A stretch of DNA of 64,000 nt from Acanthaster planci (Eukaryota): the NCBI RefSeq assembly GCF_001949145.1, contig NW_019091362.1, positions 620,670-684,669 on the forward strand. The letters run 5' to 3'. Below are positions 41,301 through 51,900 of this stretch, in pieces. How positions within the stretch are numbered: position 1 is the first letter of the stretch; each line of letters begins with the position of its first letter. The notes beneath the pieces were generated by a model. It saw only the letters and a program-made list of their open reading frames with translations, searched no databases and was not told where the DNA came from. Both the position numbers and the translations under genes were made by a program.

Positions 41301-44300
41301 TGTACACAGCTCTTGAATACATCCTCTGTGTTTCAAGTCACGTTTTACTTTCACAAGTTCATGTAAAAGCTTGACACAAGGTTTTGACGTTCCAAGTTGC
41401 AACTGCAAGTTTGTCCCTTTTTTGTACTGCACCTTCCCTGCGTTTGCACACATGGTACAGCATTCTTTGACTGTGTGAGGTCACACATTGAACTATGTAC
41501 AGGGTAGTCACAGCCTCTACCACGCACATAGTTTGTTATATTTTATGGGTATATTTAAAAGCTGCGCCGTTGAATAGATTAAATAAGAAAAACCGCACAC
41601 AGTAGACGACTCATCATTCAGACGAAGGGGATTTATGCAGATATTGTATAGCACATGGTCCTATCTGGAGTCAACATGAGTTTGTGTACTAATTAAAGTG
41701 GTTTTGAGGTCCTTTTTTATGATGTTAAGTTTAACATTCTCATGACCTTAAATTCTGTTTAAAGGAACTTTAAACCGCCATTGCATAGATTAAGCGCATT
41801 ATTAGCTTTGGCGAGGCTTGTTTCAAGGTGGCTCGCAGAAATTCCGAACAAGAAACAGTGATGTCACCTGAAAGAAACAAAGTACAAAGCAGCAGACAAC
41901 ATTCTTGACAAACGCCATTTTTTCTCATTATTCAACAAGTCCCTCACAACTGTGCATCTCTCTTTTCACAATTTAGTGGAAAGCACCCATTTTGAGTTTC
42001 CTGTGTTTTGGAGGCGACATAAAATTGTCCACTTATTCTTCGCCATTTTTAAATCAGCCCTGATCCAACTACCCCCTTCGCTTCTCATTTGATCAGAAGA
42101 ATGACGTCACAAAGTCATAACTGAAGTCTTAAAAATGTCCAAGCAGAGATCCAAGCAGAAACATGTTGCTGGTCAGGGTGGCAAAAACCACACCCCCGGG
42201 GCCTGTTAAGTTACATAACCTTGCATATGTATGCTTACCATCAACAATAAAGGTACAGGGTATGCCTCTACCAGCATGCATATTGCACTCTTAAACTTGT
42301 CCCGGTAACAGTGGATTCTGCAACTCTGAATTACAAGTATAATTTGGATTCCAGAAAATTGGTGTCATTCAGCATGTTGTTAGAGTAACTGAATGCATTT
42401 GCATTGATTGAAGAATGGAGAAATTGTGCATGCTCATGGTCATTCTGTGTACACGTACTGTACATGTCCAACACTGCTGCCAATGACGGTATAATTCAAC
42501 ATGATGGCCTCTAGCAAAAACCTCAGATACCTTGTTGACTTGGGTTCAAAACACAACACACTGGACAGTTGCATGTTCGACGATTCAACCTTTTTCCCAT
42601 CATGCATGATTGAATAAGACTAGCTGGTGAGAACAATTTACTATGTGTTTTACATTGATAATGAGTTGCATGCATTGTCATATTACAATGCAAACCGGTA
42701 ATAGAATGTCCAACATAAAAACTGTATCCCTCTGCTTGTAAAAACCACTGTTCTTTGACAATACATATTTTTTGAAGGGTCGTTGGAAGAAATTCCCAAT
42801 AAAAGTGTCATGAAAATTCGAACAGATTATTTTGAAATAATCTCTCTTATTTTTTCTCTCTTGAGAATAGCAATTTGTCCTGCATTTTCACATTTTAACA
42901 CATGGAAGATCTTTCATTTTTAATTTCAATTTTCAGGTAGATTTTTGTTTCATAGAGGTTATATGTTAACAAGTCCTCAGGGCGAGAGCTTTGTATTACT
43001 AGGATAGGCTCGAGTTAACCTTTGGTGCATTCATTGTAACTAAATTAAAATAACAAAACCATCCTCTGAGACACCATGGAGATGCCAGTAACGCATAACC
43101 TCTATTATCTTCCTATTTCTTGAATGTCTTGATCTTTTCAGGTTTATCATTCAATTATATTCCTCTGTAGTCAGTTTATGTTGTAGAATTTTTGTTACAT
43201 CACCTTACTGAAACTTGACCATTCATGTTCATGTACTGTGAATGTGAAATGTTTGAGATGTAGTTTAGTGAGAGAACGACATGTTTTTGTTGCATATTTT
43301 TTAAACAACGTGAGACTGTGGATGCTCAAAGCCTGTGTAAACAGTGTCCATCACTTCCCCTTTCTGAAGGTTTTCCTACAATCACCATCAAAGGGCAAGA
43401 GTTGCTGTTCAAAATGCAGAACTTTACAATGGCATGTTGCAAATGGTTTCACTGTTTCCAGACAAAACAATTCTCGATGCCCGCTTGCTACTTTAAAGAA
43501 AGATTATTACTTCAGCACATTGGTAGAAGGGCAAACTCTGTCCTTTATAAACTGCTTCTATCTTGGTGACAATTCAACATTGAGACTTCCAATATGGATT
43601 GAGTCCACTTGTGAATTCATTTCTTTTGAGTATTTTTCCATTAGGAGCTTCCGCCGGATTTTTGGTTTATGGAGGCCATCATAAGCAAGATGGCACAATG
43701 ATTATACCTATACTTACATTTAATGCTACGATATCGTGCAGTCATTCTTGCCTGCTTTCTGTTCAAAGATTTTCAAAAAGCTTTTGACAGCCACGTTTGT
43801 TACAAATATCTCCGGGTTTCAGAGAAGTTTCAATACAAATTTTCCTTCTATTCTGTACAATACACATTCTAATCAAATGTTAGCCCCTTCTCCAACCCCC
43901 CCCCAAAAACAAGAATTTGGTCTGTAAACATTTGGTCACTTTATCTGTGTAACAGGGAGTTAGCAAGTGAAGGCAAGTCGGGCCAGACGTCACCCCGTCC
44001 CATCAAGTCAGATCTTCCTCCTGCGATGCCCATTCTCCGTCTTCAACCCCCTGCCTCCTCCTCTGAGGGCTTGGGTGTGACCTTATTGTCCACCAGGTCA
44101 CTGGAACAGGAGGGTGAAGGTCAGGGTGGTCAGCGAATGTCCAGTCCACCGAGTCCTGTGATCAAGGGGACGGCTGACGGTGAGAGAATGGAAATAGGTA
44201 GGTAATGATTTGAAGAAGTGCTTCTAATGAAACTGATCCGTTTATGGAGGATATGTATCCGCAGTCTGATAATTCATATTCATAGTGACGATCGACAGGT

Positions 44301-47300
44301 GTAACCCCCAAGCATTTTCTTTGTCTCCAGTGGCAGACATTTACATGTCTCATTTCCCATTGGTGGACACACCACACAGTGACCTTGAAGTCTGTGGAGA
44401 TGGTCAGTTTGTTGAACTTGGTTACTGTGACTGATCTATTGCTCTCTGATCATGCCCTATCAGAGTGTTGCAAACTGTAATGAAGCAGTGACATAGACTG
44501 GCACTCTATAGTCAGTATTTGTTGGATTTGGCTTAATATTGAAAGTTGGAAGATTTTGTAGTGCAATTTAAATTTTTTTTTTCAAAAATCACATCGTCTA
44601 AGAAACATCACTTCATCCCTTCATTGTGCTAGACTTGTAACTTTATGTACACTTGTTATGTGAGTGGTTTGTTGCCATTCTTTGGCTTATGTTTCCAAGG
44701 ATTTCTTTCTTATTCTCTACCCATTAGCAATGAGTATGATTCAGTTTGAAGCTGGGATTAAATTTTCAGCAGTATTTTGACATTGAGGATTTATTTTGTC
44801 ATTTTCAAAGTTTTAAATTGTGTTGTTATTTTTTTCTCACAGTTTACCAACATTGCATTGCAATGTCTACAAGTAAGACCAGCCAGAAGTTTGAAATTTT
44901 ACTTAGTGAAGTTTCTTGTCATTTCAGATGTCATTTCTTCAAGCAAAATGTTGTTTTTTTCAAATGAATTTTCTTTGCTTTGTCACCGAAGAAGATTTGA
45001 AGAGCTTTAAAAGTGGCTTTTAACATCATTAGTTTAGGAGTACTCCAATAGTGTTTCCCCCAAAGGTTTACAGAAAACTTTTCAAAGGTGTTCCTAGTTG
45101 TTTACTTGCATGCAAGCCAAGTATCACAGCACTATTCAAGAAATGTTCCTGATGACTATTCCTCAGACCAAGAGACAACCTATACCACCAAGAGTTCAAT
45201 CCCTGTAGCGCCGAGCACGGACATCTTTGACTCTATGCCCATGAGCGAGACTGGGGGAAAGAAGAAGACAAAGAAGACTGCTAAGTATCAGATCTCGGCG
45301 CCTCTGCAGAGTGTGAGTAGAACAGTCCCCTGGGGTGTCGAGATTAGATGTTTAAAGATGGGCTGTAGTGCACCCGCTTTGGTCACACCCAAAGTGTGGC
45401 CTAGTAAACTCCGCCCTGACCTTCTTTTTTTATTCCAAAGGCTTTCATGTAACACCTAAAGCTGGTTATTTCCCTTTTCACACGACGACAAAAAAACTTG
45501 CTAGGTTTGAGAAATTTTCTCATGCTTGAGAAATCTTACGTAAGTGCCATCGTGTGAAAGGTCGCCAATGCATGAGAGTGACAGGCATTCCTGGTGAATC
45601 CTTGAGATATTTTGGAGGAGGTCCGGGCCTACGACAAAATCTTCCGCTAGCGGAAATCTTCCGCTAGCGGAAGATTTCTCAAGCAACCCATGCGAAAGGG
45701 TCGTGTGAATGGACGCACTGTTTATTGTACAACGTCCCCTGCGATAACCTACACAGTGCGCATGCGTAGTGACCTGCAACCCCAGTCTGCATGCGCGTGC
45801 CCTTTAACTCTGATACCTTTCTCTGTAGCGTCGTTTCAGGTATGTCCTGAAGCAGTGATGAAGTTGGTGCTTAGTGTCTTTAAACAAGGCTCTTAATACA
45901 CAGTTTGTGCATGTTCATGCTCACCCTGCATGGCACTGGTTGGTTTTGGTGTCAAATTTTACACGGTTGTTGAGTGCACGCATTTACCTCACACATAAAG
46001 CTTTGCACAGGAAAAAAGTTGGTCTCACCTGATTTTGGCTGGTTTCAAGTTGCTATTAAGGGGTCATCCATTTTTGCCATCCTTGCTATACAAGAATAGG
46101 TCGATGAACAAGGGACCATTTCCCATTAAAGCGTCCTTAGGCTCTACATGCTTTCCCTGACCCTTAATCAATCTGAATGAATGGCATTCAGTCCAGGTAT
46201 CCAAAGTCAAATTGAACTTCAGTAATTCTAGCTCTAGTGATCCTGCAATAAATCAGATTTTCAAATCAAGTATTCTCCTGTGGATGGATGGATTTATATG
46301 GATTTTTTCCCCCATGAGACAACTGGATGAAATGGAAATGCAATAATTCAATGCAGATTGTGGGGGGGGGCAGGTAGAAGCCTAAGTACATTCAGAGCCT
46401 AGTCCTGTTTGGGAAATGCAAACAAGTTGGGCTTAAAACAACTTAAGGGAAATACTAATTATCATTAAATTGAAATATTTTTCAATAAGTACATTAAATA
46501 AAGTTGAATAAAGTAGAACAACTAAGGAAAAACGTAAGTAAAAACTAAAATGGAAGCTGGACTTGTCCATACCGTTTGTAAAGATGCCGGCAGAGTAGAC
46601 AGATAACAGACCAGTAATCAAAGGAAATTTTTGATATCAGATTTTGTTTTGTTGCCTGCGCCATCATGCCTCATATGTGCTCAGTGTAGCGCTGTAGCTG
46701 TTGGCAAGAGTCCTTGTAGTTAGATGAATGCTTTTGCTTGAATAGCAAAAGAGAGTTGATATTTACCCAATACCCAATCACAGATTGACATGTGGTAAGC
46801 TTGTTTATACATGGCCTGATACCAGAGAGTTGATTTGGTGAATGTGTGCTACCTTCTTGAGGTAAGCTGGCTGATCATGGTAAAGAAAAAAGGGCATATA
46901 AACAGAAACGTAGCGTTTGGAAATTCAGTCATTGAGCAACTATGCTTGATAGTTTGCCTGTTTCACCAAATTGGTCTTACACAGACTAGTTATAAAAAAA
47001 CAGGTGTGCTTTACAGGTAACTGTCCTTGTCCAGACCTAACTGTTCAAGCATGAATTGACCAGGTTGGTTGATTGGTGGATTGTTAACTGGTTCCCACAA
47101 GGTAGCCAGTCACAGTAAGCTTTCTTTGTTTTTACCTGCAGTGACATAATTTGGGGGAGTGTGGAACCACTTAAACACCGATAACTTCACTCATATTTTG
47201 ACATTTTTCCATGGTTTGACCTAGTACAGTTCATGGAATAGTAGCTCTGAGTAACAATTGTTGCAAATTTGCTTGCTCATGGACACAAGATCCAGTATAA

Positions 47301-48911
47301 TCTGAAGATCCTGTCGTACAATGGAAGGTTTCATTTTACCCTTCTTTGTTTCATAGATGGAGCCCGGTAGGAAACCTCATCAAATCGAGGATCGTCCAAT
47401 CACAGAGTGGAACACAACGCATGTGTCCCAGTGGCTGATGGGTAACAGCCTCGATGAATACATTACTGAGTTCACAGCCAACAACATAACTGGGCCAGTT
47501 TTGCTTACTCTAGATGCTGCCAAACTCAAGGTTTATTTTCCTTTTTTTTCTGTTTCCTTTTTTTTGATATCATTAAGGCCATTCTGTACCATATACTTAT
47601 TTACATTAGATATCTAGGTCTGTTTTCATTGTCCCTTTAACCACTTCATGCCGGGGCATTTTTCAGTGTTGATGATGCTGGGCCAGCATGACTATCATTT
47701 TTTCCGTTCTTAAATCCTTCAAAAATTCATCATTTCATAAAACGGTCGTTTATAGCCGCACCGAATAATCTTTAGGCACTACTCTAAGTTGACAGGTNNN
47801 NNNNNNNNNNNNNNNNNNNNNNNNNNNNNNNNNNNNNNNNNNNNNNNNNNNNNNNNNNNNNNNNNNNNNNNNNNNNNNNNNNNNNNNNNNNNNNNNNNNN
47901 NNNNNNNNNNNNNNNNNNNNNNNNNNNNNNNNNNNNNNNNNNNNNNNNNNNNNNNNNNNNNNGGAGCGCTTTTGTCCCCGGTGGTAATCCGCTCGCTTTC
48001 AATGCCCCAAACCCTGGTATACGGTTTCAAAACAAGGCCGGATTATCACCACTTTTGAGAGTGAAAATGTCGGTAATGCCCAGCAGCCTGGTCTTTTGTT
48101 CGGAGTACGGTCTTTTGTTACAGGGCCCTGTTTCCTTTGTCCGAGTTCGGAGACCCCGGCCACCCATATAAACCATACGTCTCCGATCCCGGAGTCCCCA
48201 GCAGGAAGTGGTTAAACAATTCCTATCAATAGTCCCTCGTCTGTTGATAAGTGAGTCTGGAATTATTTGTCCATGCATTCAGCTTTGGAAACTGCATAGA
48301 CAGAAGGTCCATTCCAGTTTTAACAGAAGTTCTATTCCACACCAGCAAAAAATATCTGAAATTGACTTACAGAGGCAGAGAGACTTACTCTGTGTGTAAT
48401 TCATGTGTTTTCATGTGATTCAGGTTTTTTAAGACTTTATTGAGGCCTGCATAAAACAAGTAATGTTTGACACGAAACAAAAATTAACTTCATTCAATGA
48501 CAGATGGAATGGAATATTCAACCATTATTCTTGCCAATACACTACAAGTATTCATAATTTGTAGAATATGGCTTCAAAGTTGATAGTCCATTCTAAACTG
48601 TAAATCTAAGAAAATCGGACCACTCTTATTGGGTTTAGTGTGGAGTGTTGCACGTAGCCTTTGCCCATACACGATGAGCTCAGCGATTGCAGGTTTTCTT
48701 TTTAAGAGCTATTACCTTCATGTACGATTGCTTTATTTTTCTCCAGACATTGGGAGTGACAAGCAGTTCTGACCGTAGCCTCTTCAAGAAGAAGATCAAA
48801 GATATGAAGGCACAGGTGGAGAAGGAGAAGAAAGCCATTGCTAAGGAACACAAAATCCGAGAGAAGAAAGAGAAAAAGGCTGCCAAGAAGCTCTTTTCTA
48901 CTGCCCAGTAG
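14259..48911 (+). CDS. PPP1R9A: Neurabin-1/spinophilin-like PP1 regulatory subunit, 3' portion (13 coding exons in window; 5' exons lie upstream)
   Basis: Exons join with consistent phases into 2278 nt (1 nt + 759 codons including stop). The translation matches neurabin landmarks: PDZ end RFLIGREKDSENSEVAQLISQSL; coiled coil LKEAQYKNAVAEAEIAKLK...YSVLDKKYHKAKKLIKD; IPDTDMLDTS..K.QL motif; SAM domain EWNTTHVSQWL...LTLDAAKLKTLGV...DRSLFKKKIK; basic coiled tail. The symbol denotes the family; SAM presence is neurabin-1-like. Confidence 0.93.
15058..15384. mobile_element. Possible TIR element spanning an assembly gap
   Basis: CpG-rich island bounded by imperfect inverted ends aaccccttgacgacggga / tcccggcacaaaggggtt; the ends resemble those of the 47641 element. 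Confidence 0.35.
15995..16246 (+). CDS. PPP1R9A: Neurabin exon: acidic linker and start of coiled coil (phase 0 to 0)
   Basis: ccccag|ACC TCA...ATA CAG|gtaggc; encodes ...VIDTFEL...KLKEAQYKNAVAEAEIAKLKIQ. Confidence 0.92.
16366..16425 (+). mobile_element. Degenerate tRNA-derived SINE head
   Basis: tagcacagttggtagaac (A box-like) ... ggttctaatcc (B box-like). No intact cloverleaf. Confidence 0.45.
17563..17725 (+). repeat. Dispersed repeat, copy 1 (about 160 bp)
   Basis: Aligns by eye to 25148-25315 (gaaaagagcca.gttggtc...gcatttcctag.cattcgtgaacca.caaagttcagttctgac...ccgttgct.agaaaata). Confidence 0.8.
18693..18866. mobile_element. MITE-like element
   Basis: TIRs aaggccggttcat / atgaactggcctt with partial internal inverted symmetry. 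Confidence 0.55.
22823..23040 (+). CDS. PPP1R9A: Neurabin exon: coiled coil (phase 0 to 2)
   Basis: cctgtcag|GTC ATG CAG...AAC AA|gtaagt; encodes ...EENQNQYSVLDKKYHKAKKLIKDMQN. Confidence 0.93.
25148..25315 (+). repeat. Dispersed repeat, copy 2
   Basis: Diverged same-orientation copy of 17563-17725. Confidence 0.8.
26645..26741 (+). CDS. PPP1R9A: Neurabin exon: coiled coil (phase 2 to 0)
   Basis: ccaacag|G GAA GAG GAG TTT...GAA AAG|gtagcg; encodes EEEFQNKEKAFQEEKERLQESHMREKRTLQEK. Confidence 0.9.
27540..27648 (+). CDS. PPP1R9A: Neurabin exon: end of coiled coil (phase 0 to 1)
   Basis: aattag|ATT GAT GAG CTT GAA...GGA G|gtaaac; encodes IDELELKLSSESQRVRSLEGSDG..., continuing the coiled coil as in the family KISELE segment. 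Not in the ORF track. Confidence 0.82.
28069..28170 (+). CDS. PPP1R9A: Neurabin exon, symmetric phase 1-1 (102 nt, possibly cassette)
   Basis: ttgcacag|AT GAA GGT GTC...CCC GAA G|gtgagg; encodes (D)EGVILIRQSALPSFEDILDAEGGKAILVDDSPE, open in the required frame. Confidence 0.7.
30276..30317 (+). CDS. Candidate 42-nt cassette exon of neurabin (phase 1-1)
   Basis: About 84-nt AG-free pyrimidine-rich tract, then ttttag|TT GAA TGG GAA TGG GAC TTT GAC GGG GAC CAG CTA ATG TGC G|gtaagc; encodes (V)EWEWDFDGDQLMC. Confidence 0.55.
31704..32454. other. Assembly gap (others: 15255-15355, 47798-47962, 59076-59632; single N at 35903 and 60660)
   Basis: N runs in the sequence. Confidence 1.
32657..32674 (+). 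CDS. Candidate 18-nt microexon of neurabin (phase 1-1)
   Basis: Pyrimidine-rich AG-free tract, then cattgcacttttag|TC TGT ATC GCT TGT TTG T|gtaagt; encodes (V)CIACL. Confidence 0.45.
33107..33318 (+). CDS. PPP1R9A: Neurabin exon: acidic region (phase 1 to 0)
   Basis: acacag|CT CCT ATC...ATG CTG|gtaagg; encodes PIIPLESGLDFSQAPPTEVEVQPVEEEEEGDEDDED...LKEAHML. Confidence 0.88.
33922..34116 (+). CDS. PPP1R9A: Neurabin exon (phase 0 to 0)
   Basis: ccatag|CAA CAG CAG CAG GCG TGG...GAG GAG|gtaagg; encodes WFEHIPDTDMLDTSMEKSKIQL...RKKPT, resembling the neurabin VPETERLDS...RAQL...RQRPS motif. Confidence 0.88.
34715..37516. repeat. Tandem near-identical duplication (34715-35901 and 35906-37516) joined by one N; likely allelic haplotypes
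   Basis: Both copies start ataagtcggccttttgataaaag and end gcccttacat; N at 35903; copy 2 has 410 extra bp (36073-36482). Confidence 0.9.
38001..38260 (+). CDS. PPP1R9A: Neurabin exon: Ser/Pro/Arg-rich linker (phase 0 to 2)
   Basis: ttctag|CAG CGA AGC...TCG TC|gtaagt; encodes QRSLDHLTSNGSPRQG...SPKVPPKKKSKPDIRVTTGES. Confidence 0.8.
39345..39371 (+). CDS. Candidate 27-nt microexon of neurabin (phase 2-2)
   Basis: About 158-nt AG-free zone with a long pyrimidine tract, then cctcag|C TTT ACA TAC AGC CCC TGG ATC CGC AG|gtaaac; encodes FTYSPWIR(R). TGCATG lies downstream at 39488. Confidence 0.5.
40582..40786. mobile_element. hAT-like MITE
   Basis: TIRs cagagttgtagcta / tagctacaaccgcg; 8-bp TSD gcagcaac at 40574-40581 and 40787-40794; internal 26-bp palindrome at 40599-40624. 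Confidence 0.75.
43956..44179 (+). CDS. PPP1R9A: Neurabin exon: Ser/Pro-rich linker (phase 2 to 1)
   Basis: taacag|G GAG TTA GCA...GCT GAC G|gtgaga; encodes ELASEGKSGQTSPRPIKSDLPPAMP...SSPPSPVIKGTAD. Its phases bridge the flanking exons exactly. Not in the ORF track. Confidence 0.8.
45167..45312 (+). CDS. PPP1R9A: Neurabin exon (phase 1 to 0)
   Basis: cctcag|AC CAA GAG...CAG AGT|gtgagt; encodes QETTYTTKSSIPVAPSTDIFDSMP...YQISAPLQS. Confidence 0.82.
45474..45712. mobile_element. MITE-like element with nested inverted repeats
   Basis: ttcacacgac / gtcgtgtgaa; tgcttgagaaatctt / aagatttctcaagca; duplicated palindrome ttccgctagcggaa. Confidence 0.5.
47357..47530 (+). CDS. PPP1R9A: Neurabin exon: SAM domain N-terminal part (phase 0 to 0)
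   Basis: ttcatag|ATG GAG CCC...CTC AAG|gtttat; encodes PITEWNTTHVSQWLMGNSLDEYITEFTANNITGPVLLTLDAAKLK, a SAM consensus. Confidence 0.93.
47641..48211. mobile_element. piggyBac-like non-autonomous DNA transposon (interior interrupted by a gap)
   Basis: TTAA|ccacttcatgccgggg ... ccccagcaggaagtgg|TTAA: 16-bp TIRs with 2 mismatches, and TTAA on both sides. Confidence 0.75.
48747..48911 (+). CDS. PPP1R9A: Neurabin last coding exon: SAM end and basic tail, TAG stop
   Basis: ctccag|ACA TTG GGA GTG...CAG TAG; encodes TLGVTSSSDRSLFKKKIKDMKAQVEKEKK...FSTAQ*. Confidence 0.93.
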   Translation, partial: TLGVTSSSDRSLFKKKIKDMKAQVEKEKKAIAKEHKIREKKEKKAAKKLFSTAQ

Positions 48912-51900
48912 AGGAGTGGTCACAAGTCCAGATTCTTCTCAAGGATATCACACTTGAATCGGTACAGTAACCTGACCGAGGAAGTTGCCATTATGAGAAC
49001 AATCTGAGTCATGTGGGACATGAGGATATGACCTCAGAATATTGTCACATGGGATGAGGTGACCTGTAGTCTGACCTCCAGATTGAACTGTGACCTCGAG
49101 TATAACAGCCTCATGACAGCATTGTCATGGGTGATGTGGAAGTCTGATCCCTGGATGGTGACCTTGGCACTGCAACCTTAGGCGATGTGTCCAGTAGTAT
49201 GCTCTCTGGATTGACCTGTGACCTAAGGAGGGTGACCCATATTCTGACTTTGTGATGTATGACCTTAGGTCCAGACACACAATTGAATTGTAACCTGAAA
49301 GAAAATGAGCTAGGACAGACTTCATGAGATGTACGTAACAGGAAGCGTCAACTTAGCTGCGATTCGTGTGTAGCCATTGTTAACACTTGACCTCGAGAGT
49401 GACCTTTGTACTGTAGTCTGCATTCTGAGGTCAGATAGCAGGAGAGAGTCTTAAGGTGTGTGACCTGAGAGTAGTGAACTCAGTAGAAACGACCTTGGGC
49501 CATTACCACAGCAGCTTTGACCTTGAATACCTGTACGAGAGAATGACCTCTCCTGATGTCTTTATTGTGTTCTTCTGGACACCAACATTGTGTGCACATT
49601 GGGCTGTTAACCTAGAAAAACACCTTTTGCAGTTCCACAGAACTACAAGGATATTGCCTTCAAGAAAATGACCATGGGGAACCTCCTTCAGATAATGAGT
49701 TACAGAAAGGGCCAACCTTTAATGTTGATATGTGAGGACTGAGAAACAGCCGTTAAAAGCGATTTTCCAAATGTGACTCAACAACACTGTCATCTTCCAA
49801 ATCAAAGTGAAGAAACCAACTGTGTTCTTAGTGTGCATGTCTTTGCAAATGTTCTTGAAGTCCTCTTTCCCTGCATTCCGGTTTCATGTCACTGAGAAAT
49901 CGTTCCTTACCTGCCTAAACGCTGTCTATCGTTGCAGCTGCATCCTTTCTTCAGCGTAGCAGCTTTCTGTTAATTTGCAGCTTACAGATAATTTTGAGTT
50001 GAAGTCAGTGTTATTTGTCAAGCGCTTTTGCAAATTTTCATTCTCAAGATAAACTGCACAATAAGTCAAAGCATGCACAGAAGTGTAGATATTGTAGCCA
50101 GTGATCAATGCGAAGAAAAAAATTGTAGCTTAGAGAAAGTTGTTTATTGACTCAGATTTGTGTACAATTATTTCGAAGCCTAGTAATATATATATCTTCT
50201 GGTTTATTTTTGATAGTTGCTTTGTGTGAGTCCAGCAGAAACAGACAAATTATTCAGTGTTTTGTATAGCATGATTTCGTGATTTTTTGTTTTTATTACT
50301 GAGTGATTTTGTCAATCACAGATTCCTTGTCACAGTTTTCTTACCAAATACAGTGAACTGAAATCAATTATGGGATGTATTAGCTCGGAAATTAATGACT
50401 TAACAATAGTTGTTGACAATTTTGTCAGGTTGTGTGACCACCAGCATGCTCAGAATGGTGCAATTTATCAATACATCACAGCAAATTGAAATTTTACTTT
50501 TGCTAAGCCAATTAGATTTGAACAACAAGTGAAGATTCCAGGGAGCCCAAGTTTCAAGCAACAGAAGAGAGGCTTCAGTTATTATTTCAATTCTTTAAGT
50601 TTATTATTTCTTTTTTAATTTCTGAATGGCCCTTTCAGTACAGATGCAATATTCCAAACACCGTCGACACACTCGTTGGCCATCACTTCAACTTTATACT
50701 GGATGACATTCCTCCCACACACACCTTTTTAAAATTAGTAAACAGCACAGGAAAAGGAAGGAAAGAAATGGAGAACAGAATAAAATAGGGGAAGGCGAAT
50801 TCCATTCCGTTGAAAATGGCTAGAAGTTGCCCCACCACTGTCGATGGTTTGTCAGTCTGAGAGCCCGCTCTCTCCAAAAAAAGCTGTATGCCCTCTCCGA
50901 AGAATAACCTTTGAACACCCATGGGCATAAACTTTGATATCTGACTGATGTATGAATACTCCCCTTTGGGAGGAATGTAACCTGATTATTGGTTTAGAAA
51001 GAACACCCAAAAAAGAGCTGTGATTGCCATACAAAAATTAGTTATTTCATGAAGAAAGAGAGAATTAAGCAGTCAGAATCTGATTTTCAAATATCAACTC
51101 TTGCCTGGTTTGACGAGATCGCGCTGAGATATGGAATTCTCTCGGTCTCTACTGTTAATTACTGGTAGGGTGCAGGCCGCCTACTTTGTCTTACAAATAC
51201 ACCATATTTGCCATACTAAAAAGCATTACATTTATGGTAGATGCACACATACGTGTTCACTAATTTACAGTATATATTATGTTTTTATATTATGTACCTT
51301 TTGATACTCTGCTGCCTGTAGCAAATTTGGCAGATTTTTTTTTATATGATTTGATAGTTTTTGTGTTCAGAGTTTGTAGATTTTTGTTAGACATTTCATG
51401 TTTTGCATAATCAACAGTGTGAAGAGTCTCAATGTACTTCGCAGTACTATGTAGGAGGAAAACATTTATTGTGGCTGTCTTTCGGAGATCTGCTGAATTT
51501 AATGGTATGATATAAATAGCTTTGGTGGGGAACAATTTGCTGGAGAAATTGAAGAATAATATATTATTTGATATTATTTGGATTTAAGTTTTTACTTTTA
51601 GATTTTAAAATTTTCAGCATTAATGTTCAAAGATTGGGTGCAGTCACATACCATTAGCCACGCTGCCGATTCATACTTTTAGGTATAAGGGGCTTAATCT
51701 ATTAACAGCCTAGCTCAATCTTTTATCTGCACTCTCGTTATTTTTCCATATCATGCCTCTCCACTTTTTAATAATAGTAATATTAATATGTCTTAGCGTC
51801 TTGGATACCAGAAGTGGCTGTATGCAGAGCGTGAGGGCGCTTTACTTTCCTGCAAAGTGGTACTTAGCATTCGGTTGTTTCCTGCGTGCCTAAGAAAGAT

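Noticed and set aside
45286..45312. CRIB-like motif (YQISAPLQS)
   Set aside because: Lacks the downstream F-x-H-x-x-H residues in any splice form I could build.
49029..49549. CRISPR-like array interpretation of the recurring motif
   Set aside because: The repeat is only 6-7 bp with irregular spacing, the context is eukaryotic, and no cas genes are present.
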